DNA of 64,000 nucleotides from an uncultured Erysipelotrichaceae bacterium (lineage in GTDB: Bacteria > Bacillota_I > Bacilli_A > RF39 > UBA660). The first letter of the stretch is position 1; every line of letters begins with the position of its first letter. The notes beneath the pieces were generated by a model. The model was not told the origin of the DNA. It ran no database searches and worked only from the letters and a program-made list of their open reading frames with translations. Both the position numbers and the translations under genes were made by a program. Below, piece after piece: positions 1 through 7,965 of this stretch. The DNA lies in contig CACZAH010000007.1 of NCBI GenBank assembly GCA_902779035.1, positions 1,184 to 65,183 of the forward strand, written 5' to 3'.

Positions 1-1092
1 GATGCATATGGAAGAAGTGTAGAGTTAGCAATTGCATCACACCTGCTAGATACAGGTACATTTCCAACAAATGAACAGTTACCTAATCTACAAATAGAAT
101 ATAGTGGTTCTAATGTAGTATGTAATGTAATGGCTATGAAAGAAAATGGAGGATTATATTTATCAGAGTGTAAGGTAAATAATGTAGATGTTAAAGATTC
201 ATCTACTGAAGATGGATGGTATCATTATGGTAGTATAGTAAATCCACCATCTGCAGTAAATGATTTACTTGCAAAAGCAAATCCAGTAACTGTAACAAAC
301 TATACTGATGGTAATACAGGAGAGATGTATACATTTGAACATCCTGCAACTACTCAAACAGGAGCTTTAACTGATTATAGATATATTGGAGCTAATCCTA
401 ATAATTATGTATACTTTAATGGCGATGAATTATGGAGAATAATAGGGGTACTTACAGTAGATGATGGAAACGGTAATCAAGAACAAAGGATAAAGATAGT
501 AAGAAATGAAAAACTATCAAGTGATATGGCATGGGATTCAAATAATGTCAATGAATGGTCTACTGCAAGTTTAAATACATATTTAAATGGAGATTATTAT
601 AATGGAATAGAAGCTACAAGTAAGAGTATGATTGCAGATACTAAATATTATCTAGGTGGAGGAGCAAATGATTCAACAACACATTATGGATCAACACCAG
701 ATATGTATGCTTGGGAGCGTGGAACAACAGTATATAGTGGAAGAAGTATATCATGAAATGGAAAAATAGCGTTAATGTATCCAAGTGATTATACATATAC
801 CTATGCATTAGGAGTAGATAATACTTGCTACACAGATGGATATGATTGTGATGGTTCATCTGGAAAAACAAATGGATGGATATTCAATACAAATAGTAAT
901 TCTACTCAATGGCTTTTGTCGCCTTATTCGGACAACTCGGGTAGCGCGTTCCGTCTGATCGCTTCGGGCTATGTCCGCCCCGACAGTTCGAACAATTCTT
1001 ATGGCGTTCGTCCAAGTCTGTATCTAGTATCTAGTATCAAAATAGATTCAGGAGATGGCTCGGAACAAAGTCCATACAGTTTAAAATTATAG
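1..1092 (+). pseudogene. Pilin-like surface protein with long C-terminal extension. The 5' end lies outside the window, and a single in-frame TGA (754-756) interrupts the frame.
   Basis: Frame 1 is open from nt 1. DAYGRSVELAIAS...VVCNV...LYLSECKVNNVDVKDSSTEDGWYHYG matches the prepilin-type protein at 30048..30428 almost residue for residue. Track ORFs 130..756 and 775..1092 are in the same frame, separated only by TGA at 754. Confidence 0.55.
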
Positions 1093-1140
1093 ACGAAGGG
1101 AATATGGTTTGGGGGAGTGCTATTAAATAGATGATGGAGA

Positions 1141-1174
1141 ATCTAGTATGTATAATATACATGCTAGATTTTTA
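1141..1174 (+). terminator. Intrinsic terminator after the pilin-like gene
   Basis: 12-bp stem ATCTAGTATGTA / TACATGCTAGAT (one G-T wobble), 5-nt loop, then TTTT. Confidence 0.6.
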
Positions 1175-1327
1175 CATGTTAATGAAAAAAGTGTAGGTTT
1201 AGTAAATGGTGTAGTAAATAATTATTTGTAGGTACCTTTATGTAGTGTTTAGAATACTGTTTACAGAAATTGAAATAGTGTATAAATAGGGCGACAGAAA
1301 GTAACGAATAAATGTACGCAAAAAGTA

Positions 1328-1356
1328 TTGACATTGATAATTCTTTAATATATAAT
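1328..1356 (+). promoter_or_regulatory. Sigma-70-type promoter of recA
   Basis: TTGACA (1328-1333), 17-nt spacer, TATAAT (1351-1356), about 22 nt upstream of the recA start. Confidence 0.6.
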
Positions 1357-1378
1357 GTGGGTGTATTGGAGGGATTAT

Positions 1379-2398
1379 ATGTCAAAAGAAGCTGACAAAA
1401 CATTAGAGCAAGTGCTTAAGGATATTGAAAAGCAATTTGGTAAAGGTGCGGTTATGAAACTTGGTGAACATGCACATCAAAAGGTTGAAGTTATATCAAG
1501 TGGTTCAATAACTTTAGATACTGCTTTAGGTATAGGAGGATATCCAAAGGGGAGAATTATTGAAATATATGGACCTGAGTCTAGTGGTAAAACTACTTTT
1601 GCGCTTCATGCTATTGCTGAGGCACAAAAGAATGGTGGTAAGGCTGCTTTTATTGATGCGGAACATGCCTTAGATCCTGTTTATGCATCTAAGCTTGGTG
1701 TAAATATTAATGAGTTATTATTATCTCAACCTGATAATGGTGAACAAGCTTTAGAGATTACTGAGGCTTTGGTTAGAAGTGGAGCAATTAGTATTATTGT
1801 AATTGATTCTGTTGCAGCACTTGTTCCACAAGCAGAAATTGAAGGTGAGATGGGGGATTCTCATGTTGGTCTTCAAGCAAGGTTAATGTCTCAAGCATTA
1901 AGAAAGTTATCTGGTATTATTAATAAGACTAATACTGTTGCCATATTCATTAACCAATTACGTGAAAAGGTTGGGGTAATGTTTGGTAATCCTGAGGTTA
2001 CTCCAGGTGGTAGAGCTTTAAAGTTTTATTCATCTGTTCGTCTTGAGATTAGACATGGTGAGCAAATTAAGTTAGGTACTGATATTATTGGTAATAAGGC
2101 TAACATTAAGGTTGTTAAAAATAAGATGGCTCCACCTTTTAAAACTTGTAGTGTTGATATTATGTATGGAACTGGTATTTCTAAATATGGTGAGCTTGTT
2201 GATTTAGGAACTCAAGCAAATGTTATTGAGAAAAGTGGTGCATGGTATGCATATAAGGGTGAGAAAATTGGTCAAGGTAAAGAAAATGCTAAAGTATGGC
2301 TTAAGAATAATCCTGAGGAAACTAAGAAGATTATGGCTGAGGTTAGAAGTTTCTTTGCTAATAGTGACACCTTAGAAATTGGTAAAACTGAGGAATAG
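1379..2398 (+). CDS. recA: Recombinase RecA
   Basis: Walker [22 protein letters not shown], and [12 protein letters not shown] / [17 protein letters not shown] loops. SD GGAGGG precedes ATG 1379; the track start 1355 is an upstream in-frame extension. Confidence 0.97.
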   Translation: MSKEADKTLEQVLKDIEKQFGKGAVMKLGEHAHQKVEVISSGSITLDTALGIGGYPKGRIIEIYGPESSGKTTFALHAIAEAQKNGGKAAFIDAEHALDPVYASKLGVNINELLLSQPDNGEQALEITEALVRSGAISIIVIDSVAALVPQAEIEGEMGDSHVGLQARLMSQALRKLSGIINKTNTVAIFINQLREKVGVMFGNPEVTPGGRALKFYSSVRLEIRHGEQIKLGTDIIGNKANIKVVKNKMAPPFKTCSVDIMYGTGISKYGELVDLGTQANVIEKSGAWYAYKGEKIGQGKENAKVWLKNNPEETKKIMAEVRSFFANSDTLEIGKTEE

Positions 2399-2468
2399 TA
2401 TTGACTTTATTATGATGTTATTATAGAATTGTTTATAGAAAAGAAGATAAGTCTATGATGGAGGTAAA

Positions 2469-2723
2469 ATGAGAGAAGATATTGAAAGTCTTGAATTTAC
2501 TTTAACTCGTTCAATGACTTATACGTTATTTAAACTTAGCGAGTTGCTTGATAAAAGAAAAGAATTATTAAGTAATACTGATATTAATTCTCGTGATTTA
2601 AGTAGAGCTATTAGTGCGATTGATAGGGAGATATCTGCTTTAAAGAAAGAATTTGTATCAGAGTTTCGCGAAGAGAATTTTGAGAAAATAAATTATTATT
2701 GGTATTTGAGAAGTAAGGAATAA
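2469..2723 (+). CDS. Hypothetical small coiled-coil protein
   Basis: 84-aa ORF preceded by GGAGG and followed by a terminator. No recognisable family. Confidence 0.45.
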   Translation: MREDIESLEFTLTRSMTYTLFKLSELLDKRKELLSNTDINSRDLSRAISAIDREISALKKEFVSEFREENFEKINYYWYLRSKE

Positions 2724-2738
2724 TCTTACTTCTTTTTT
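2710..2738 (+). terminator. Intrinsic terminator
   Basis: Stem GAAGTAAG / CTTACTTC followed by TTTTTT; overlaps the stop codon of 2469..2723. Confidence 0.55.
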
Positions 2739-2802
2739 CTAATTTTGTCGAATGTGTATAAAATTATTATTGGGTGTGCTAAATTAAGTAGAGGGTGATA
2801 CT

Positions 2803-3141
2803 ATGAATGTTACAACGGAGTTTAGAAGTGGCATATTATTTGTAAGATTAAGTGGTAATTTAACTAAAGATACAGTTAGTATTTTAAATGATAAAGTTAC
2901 TAATTTAGTAAATAGAGTAGGTATTAGACATGTAGTATTTAATGTTGAAAACTTGGATAATATTGATTATAAAGGTATTAGTACATTACTATATAATTAT
3001 GAGATAGTTAAAAGGAATGAAGGTAATGTATTCTTATGTGGTGGCAATGAGAAGGTAGATAAAATACTTAAGTATAATCACGTGTTTAAATATATTAGTG
3101 AGATAAGTAGTGAGTTATGTGCATTAAATTTGATGAGATAG
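2803..3141 (+). CDS. STAS-domain anti-sigma-factor antagonist (SpoIIAA/RsbV-like)
   Basis: 112 aa with a STAS-like pattern (GILFVRLSGNL...VVFNVENLDNIDYKGISTLL). Lies immediately upstream of, and overlaps, a SigF/B-type sigma gene. Confidence 0.65.
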   Translation: MNVTTEFRSGILFVRLSGNLTKDTVSILNDKVTNLVNRVGIRHVVFNVENLDNIDYKGISTLLYNYEIVKRNEGNVFLCGGNEKVDKILKYNHVFKYISEISSELCALNLMR

Positions 3142-3164
3142 CAGTGTTAGAGAGGATAATGTTT

Positions 3165-3815
3165 ATGACTGTTGAAGAGGCTATTTATAATAATCAGGGT
3201 TTAGTATATTCTATTGCTAAGTATTTTAAGAATTATAAAAATAAAGATGATTTATATCAAGCAGGATATTTAGGTATTGTTAATGCTTATAATAATTATA
3301 ACCCATCTTTTGAATGTAAGTTTTCAACATATGCTTATACTTATATTTATGGTGAGATGAGAAAGTTAGTTAGAGAAGATAGAAGTGTTAAAGTAAATAG
3401 AAGTATTAGTAAGTTTAATTTACTTATTGAAAAAGCATATATGTTATTAAGTCAGAAATATATGCGTATTCCAACTTATAAAGAAGTAGCTGACTATCTT
3501 GATATTACAGAGTATCAAGTATGTGAAGCTATTATGAGTAATAATGCAGTTAAAAGTATTGATGAACCTATTAATGATGATGCTAGTTGTACATTACAAG
3601 AGATTATTGGGTATAGTGATAATGTTGATGATTTAATTATGCTTAAGGATAGTTTGCTTAAACTAAATAATAGAGAAATGGAATTAATTAAGAATCGCTA
3701 TATGAATAATTTAACACAAACTGAAACTTCTAATATAATGAATATGTCACAAGTACAAGTTTCAAGAAAGGAAAAAAAGATATTACAGAAGTTAAAAAGC
3801 ACTATGGTTTCATAA
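3165..3815 (+). CDS. Group-3 RNA polymerase sigma factor (SigF/SigG/SigB type)
   Basis: Region 2 DLYQAGYLGIVNAYNNY...FSTYAYTYIYGEMRK; region 4 HTH LTQTETSNIMNMSQVQVSRKEKKIL. ATG 3165 has the best spacing to SD GAGAGGA; the track start 3117 overlaps the STAS gene. Confidence 0.85.
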   Translation: MTVEEAIYNNQGLVYSIAKYFKNYKNKDDLYQAGYLGIVNAYNNYNPSFECKFSTYAYTYIYGEMRKLVREDRSVKVNRSISKFNLLIEKAYMLLSQKYMRIPTYKEVADYLDITEYQVCEAIMSNNAVKSIDEPINDDASCTLQEIIGYSDNVDDLIMLKDSLLKLNNREMELIKNRYMNNLTQTETSNIMNMSQVQVSRKEKKILQKLKSTMVS

Positions 3816-3827
3816 AACAAATAATAA

Positions 3828-3866
3828 AAAGACAATCTAAGCAGTTATCTTAAATTGTCTTTTTTA
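3828..3866. terminator. Bidirectional hairpin between the convergent sigma and RT genes
   Basis: 9-bp stem AAAGACAAT / ATTGTCTTT flanked by an A-run and a T-run; overlaps the RT stop codon. Confidence 0.55.
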
Positions 3867-4803
3867 GTTTATAAATATATTCTTTATACTTCTTAAACTC
3901 TACGTCACTATTATTTATATTTAATACGTGTAATATCTTGCCATATAACTTATTAATATATTTTTTCTTACTTATCTTATTATTACGCTTATCTAGGTGT
4001 GATTCTAATCCATATTTCTTAATATAATATACTTCTTGTCTTATATTTTTACGATACTTAGAATTTACTTGTACTTTCTCATTAACGGTAATACCTGTAA
4101 CTGATTGATTATGATTCTTATAAATAACATGTATCTTATTATTATTTATCTTTAAATGTAATTTATAAAGCATCTTTCTTACTTTACTTATGATTTTATT
4201 AGGACTAAAATTACCAGAGAAAGTCATATCATCAGAATACCTAGTATAAGATATATTATTACTAGTGCACCAATTACCTAGCTGTTCGTCAAACTCTTTC
4301 ATAACTAAATTAGATATATATGCTGAAGTAGGAGAACCTTGTGTAAGATGATCATCATAAGTACATAAATAGGTAAGTAACATTCCAACTTGTTTAGGAT
4401 AGTATTCAATAGAAAAACAAGATTCATATACATCAATAAATCTAATATTTTCAAAGAAATCTATAATATCTAATTTTAATATAACTTCTTTATTAACGTG
4501 GGGTATTGCATTATCTTTTAAAGATATACCTTTATGATATGCTTTAGCAAACTTAGATATTTCTTTATTATTTAGAATATTAGTAAGAATATTTCTTTGT
4601 ATATGCTTAAGTAATTTATTAGGTTCATATATAGTTCTATAATTACCATTTCTTTTCTTAATTTTATATACTCGATAATACTTCCAAACTCTATTACTAA
4701 TAGAATAAAGAGTTTTAATATATTTATTATTATCATTACAATCAAATAAATTAAGAGATATTAAAAACTCATTACACTTATCTTTACTCATGTACTTCCA
4801 CAT
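3850..4803 (-). CDS. Retron-type reverse transcriptase
   Basis: 317 aa with RT motifs: DNAIPHV (retron NAxxH), LTQGSPTSAYISN (motif 4, QGxPxS), RYSDDMTFS (YxDD) and NQSVTGITVNEKV (retron-specific VTG). GGAGG SD at 4812-4816. Confidence 0.85.
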   Translation of the reverse strand: MWKYMSKDKCNEFLISLNLFDCNDNNKYIKTLYSISNRVWKYYRVYKIKKRNGNYRTIYEPNKLLKHIQRNILTNILNNKEISKFAKAYHKGISLKDNAIPHVNKEVILKLDIIDFFENIRFIDVYESCFSIEYYPKQVGMLLTYLCTYDDHLTQGSPTSAYISNLVMKEFDEQLGNWCTSNNISYTRYSDDMTFSGNFSPNKIISKVRKMLYKLHLKINNNKIHVIYKNHNQSVTGITVNEKVQVNSKYRKNIRQEVYYIKKYGLESHLDKRNNKISKKKYINKLYGKILHVLNINNSDVEFKKYKEYIYKLKKTI

Positions 4804-4816
4804 TCTTAATACCTCC

Positions 4817-4966
4817 TAGCAGTACTAATGATATAGTAATATGAAAATGGATTAAAGCGTAAGCGTCTACACGAAGTGTAGGGTGATCCTTTGAAATATT
4901 ACTATTAATCCTATAATTAATAAACGTCCCTTAACGACTCGTTAAAGTAAATAATCACTACTGCAC
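4817..4966 (-). ncRNA. Candidate retron msr/msd non-coding RNA
   Basis: Non-coding stretch directly upstream of the RT on the same strand. The 5' segment GCAGUAGUGAUUAU (4951-4964) is complementary to the 3' segment AUAUCAUUAGUACUGC (4819-4834), as expected for a1/a2 repeats. Internal hairpins: UUAACG-AGU-CGUUAA (4931-4945) and CUACAC-UUCG-GUGUAG (4867-4881). Starts about 7 nt after an extended -10 element. Confidence 0.5.
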
Positions 4967-4970
4967 CCCA

Positions 4971-4979
4971 ATTATAGCA
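4971..4979 (-). promoter_or_regulatory. Extended -10 element (TGcTATAAT) for the retron transcript
   Basis: The minus strand reads gTGcTATAAT-tggggtGCAG. No convincing -35 element. Confidence 0.4.
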
Positions 4980-5083
4980 CACTTTGAATAAAAAGATTAA
5001 TAAATATTATAAAAGTATGTTTTAAAGAATAAAGATGTGATGCTTTTTTATATTCATGTTCATTAGCCATGAGTTATATCTTG

Positions 5084-5174
5084 CAAGAAACTTATATTTT
5101 TTTGGATATTTTTGTCGAAAAAAAAGGAAATTTGAAACTTTTAACTAATAATATATATAGAGGAATAAGAGAGA
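5084..5174 (+). repeat. Copy 1 of a ~90-nt conserved leader that precedes both Rpn-like genes
   Basis: Near-identical to 39377..39467: CAAGAAA..TTTTTGTC(G/A)AAAAAAAAGGAAATTTGAAA(C/G)TTTTAACTAATAATATATATAGGAG..ATAAGAGAG. Confidence 0.75.
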
Positions 5175-5287
5175 TGCTTTTTTCTTCTTAGAAAGAGATA
5201 TTTATATGTGCTATAAATATTGTTATGATTTTTGGTGAGTATCTAATTATAAAAGAATCAATTAGTAGTTTAGAAGGGAAGGTTATA

Positions 5288-5664
5288 ATGGAAACAAACA
5301 ATTATACTAAAGATTTAGGTCCTGATGAGACAATACCTATTTGGTTCGATAAGTTATTTAAGCTTGTATTTGCAAATAAAGACCATTTAGAAAGAACTAA
5401 ATTTCTTATTTCTTCTGTTTTAGACTTGGAGATTGATAATATAGAGCTTATTAATTCTGAGATAATAGAGGATAACAGAATGAATTTAGTAAAAAAGAAG
5501 AGCTACTAAAAGCAGGTATGCAGAATGAACTTGCTGCAAAAACTAAAGAGGTTGCTGAAAAGACTACTTTAGATATGGCTCGAAAGATGAAACAAGAGGG
5601 AGCTAGTTTAGATTTTATATCTAATGTAACTGTACTGTCTTTTGAAGTAATAGAAGAGTTATAA
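5288..5664 (+). pseudogene. Internally deleted Rpn-family (PD-(D/E)XK, transposase_31-like) gene remnant
   Basis: The N-terminus (PIWFDKLFKLVFANKDHLERTKFLISSVL) parallels 39492..40526 (VDRAFKRVFADENHLERLNLLLGVVL). The frame stops at 5509. A 48-aa ORF at 5518..5664 (..KTTLDMARKMKQEGASLDFISNVT..) parallels the C-terminal tail (KKTTLELAKRLKESGVSVDIIKNTT). The nuclease core is missing. Confidence 0.6.
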
Positions 5665-5776
5665 TTAATAAAATCAGGAATAATTATACTTATTCTTGAT
5701 TTTTTAGTAAGTTTACATTAATTATTGCCAAATGAATATATTTATAGTAAAATTAATATACGAAAGGAATGATTAT

Positions 5777-5986
5777 ATGTTATTAGATATATTACAAATA
5801 TTAGGGGGATTAATTGTTGGTGCGATTGTCGGATTTTTAATTGCTAGAAGTTATATGAAAAAATTTATTAAGAAGAATCCTCCAATAAATGAAGGTATGA
5901 TTAAGGCTATGATGATGCAGATGGGTAGAACTCCATCTCAGAAACAAGTTAATCAAATGATGAAATCTATGGAAAAGTATATGTAA
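5777..5986 (+). CDS. yneF: UPF0154 (YneF) family small membrane protein
   Basis: An N-terminal TM helix followed by KKFIKKNPPINEGMIKAMMMQMGRTPSQKQVNQMMKSM, the characteristic YneF signature. ATG 5777 follows AAAGGAA. Confidence 0.7.
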   Translation: MLLDILQILGGLIVGAIVGFLIARSYMKKFIKKNPPINEGMIKAMMMQMGRTPSQKQVNQMMKSMEKYM

Positions 5987-6025
5987 ATGGTACATTAAGT
6001 TGTATCTTTTTTCATACAATTAAGT

Positions 6026-6607
6026 ATGATAGGTATTATATTAAATGATGGTGTTAGTAATGAAAATAATAGTATTAATTATGTATATTCATGCTTTTTT
6101 AAACTAGGTTATGATTACTTACTTATACCTTTAACTACTATTGATGATATTAAAAGTAAGATTGATAAATGCAAGGGGATTATCATGCAGGGTGGTGATG
6201 ATTATAAAGATATCCATCTTAAAATAATTAAGTATATCCATGATATAGATATGCCACTACTTGCTATATGTATGAGCATGCAAGCTTTAGGGGTATTATT
6301 TAATGGAAAATTAAAAGGAATTGATAATCATAAAGATAAAAAAGACTATTCTCACTATATAGATATAAAAAAGAATACATTACTTTATAAAATAATAGGT
6401 AAGAATAGAATACAAGTTAATTCGTCACATAAGGAATGTTTAGAATATACTGATTTAACTATATCTGCTTACAGTAATTGTATTGAAGCAATAGAAGATA
6501 GTAGTCGTAAGTTTTTCTTAGGAATTCAGTGGCACCCAGAAAAGATGATTGAATATGATAAAGTAGAAAGAAGTATATTTGATTATTTTTATAAATCATG
6601 TAAATAG
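6026..6607 (+). CDS. Class I glutamine amidotransferase-like / gamma-glutamyl hydrolase (peptidase C26) family protein
   Basis: LLAICMSMQAL (nucleophile Cys elbow) and GIQWHPE motifs. Confidence 0.7.
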   Translation: MIGIILNDGVSNENNSINYVYSCFFKLGYDYLLIPLTTIDDIKSKIDKCKGIIMQGGDDYKDIHLKIIKYIHDIDMPLLAICMSMQALGVLFNGKLKGIDNHKDKKDYSHYIDIKKNTLLYKIIGKNRIQVNSSHKECLEYTDLTISAYSNCIEAIEDSSRKFFLGIQWHPEKMIEYDKVERSIFDYFYKSCK

Positions 6608-6615
6608 AGGTGTGT

Positions 6616-7902
6616 ATGAATTTAGATGAGATTATAAGTGTTACTAAAGGGAAAATTGTAAATGATTATAAGAAGGTGGTTGTTAATAGTTTTAAAACTG
6701 ATACAAGATGTCTTACTAAAGATGATGCTTTTATAGCTTTAAAGGGTAATAACTATGATGGAAATAGTTTTATTAATGATAATCTAGATTGTAAGTTAGT
6801 TATTACTGATGAGAATATTAAGTTAAAGAATATTCCAGTTATAAAAGTAGATAATACTTACGATACTTTATACTATTTAACTAAGTATAAGTTAAATAAA
6901 TATAAAATACCAGTAATTGCTATAACTGGTTCTAATGGTAAGACTACTTTAAAAGAGTTAATATATAATATATTAAGTACTAAATATAATGTACTTAAAA
7001 ATGATGGTAATAAGAATAATATTATTGGTGTATTTCAAACTATTAATAATTTAAATAGCAAACATGAATTAGTTATATTAGAACTTGGTATGAATCATAA
7101 GAAAGAGTTAGAAAGACTATCTAATATGATTAAACCAAGTTGTGCGGTTATTACTAATATAGGTTCATCTCATATAGGTAATCTAGGTAGTAGAAAGAAT
7201 ATATTTAAAGCTAAGATGGAAATCACTAGTGGACTTGATGGTATTTTAATAGTTAATGGAGATAATAAGTATTTAAAGAAGACTAATGGATATAAATGTG
7301 GAGTTAATTACACTAATGATTTAATTGCTTATAATGTTAATACATATGATAATTATTTAACTTTTAATATAAGTACTCGTAAAGAATATTTAGTTAAATT
7401 TAATAATACTGCACTAGAATATATTCCGATGTTACTAGAAAGTATTAAAGTTAGTTTAATGTATAATATAGATATTAATGATATTATTAAGTGTATTGAA
7501 GACTATAAACCTTATAGTAAAAGATTAAATGAGATTAAACTTGATAATTATACTGTAATAGATGATAGTTATAATGCATCTTATGAGTCTATGAAGTGTG
7601 GACTTAATGTATTAAGAAAATATAAAGGTAATAAGATAATTATACTAGGGGACATGTTAGAACTAGGTAAATATAGTTGTAAATATCATAAGAAGTTAAA
7701 TAGAGTATTAAATAAAATTGATAATAAGATAGTGCTTACAGTAGGAAGTTATACTAAATATATTAATTCTATGCACTTTAATAGTAATAAAGATATTATT
7801 AATTACTTATATAATCTTGATATAAGTAATACTACTATATTTATTAAAGGATCTAATAGTATGAAATTAAGTGAGATAGTTGATTATTTGATTTGCAATT
7901 AA
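6616..7902 (+). CDS. murF: UDP-N-acetylmuramoyl-tripeptide--D-alanyl-D-alanine ligase
   Basis: Mur ligase P-loop ITGSNGKTT, ELGMNH and DDSYNAS motifs, about 430 aa. Confidence 0.85.
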   Translation: MNLDEIISVTKGKIVNDYKKVVVNSFKTDTRCLTKDDAFIALKGNNYDGNSFINDNLDCKLVITDENIKLKNIPVIKVDNTYDTLYYLTKYKLNKYKIPVIAITGSNGKTTLKELIYNILSTKYNVLKNDGNKNNIIGVFQTINNLNSKHELVILELGMNHKKELERLSNMIKPSCAVITNIGSSHIGNLGSRKNIFKAKMEITSGLDGILIVNGDNKYLKKTNGYKCGVNYTNDLIAYNVNTYDNYLTFNISTRKEYLVKFNNTALEYIPMLLESIKVSLMYNIDINDIIKCIEDYKPYSKRLNEIKLDNYTVIDDSYNASYESMKCGLNVLRKYKGNKIIILGDMLELGKYSCKYHKKLNRVLNKIDNKIVLTVGSYTKYINSMHFNSNKDIINYLYNLDISNTTIFIKGSNSMKLSEIVDYLICN

Positions 7903-7965
7903 TAATTTTTTAATTGCTTTTTTTATGTATTAATGTTAATATTATTTATAGTTAGGAGAATATTT

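Noticed and set aside
1305-1318. Possible LexA (Cheo/DinR) box CGAATAAATGTACG upstream of recA.
   Set aside because: It has two mismatches in the critical GAAC/GTTC half-sites and lies upstream of the -35 element. This is too weak to call without knowing whether lexA exists in this genome.
908-4803. Diversity-generating retroelement: the RT at 3850..4803 mutagenising the GC-rich C-terminal patch (908..1020) of the pilin-like gene.
   Set aside because: The RT has retron (NAxxH, VTG) features rather than DGR features. No template-repeat copy of the patch exists anywhere in the window, and no Avd-like accessory gene is present.
4972-5070. A 32-codon minus-strand ORF (MANEHEYKKASHLYSLKHTF...) upstream of the retron, as a possible mini-effector.
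   Set aside because: It has no SD sequence and overlaps the retron promoter and -10 element. It has AT-rich random-looking composition and no hydrophobic or other recognisable feature.
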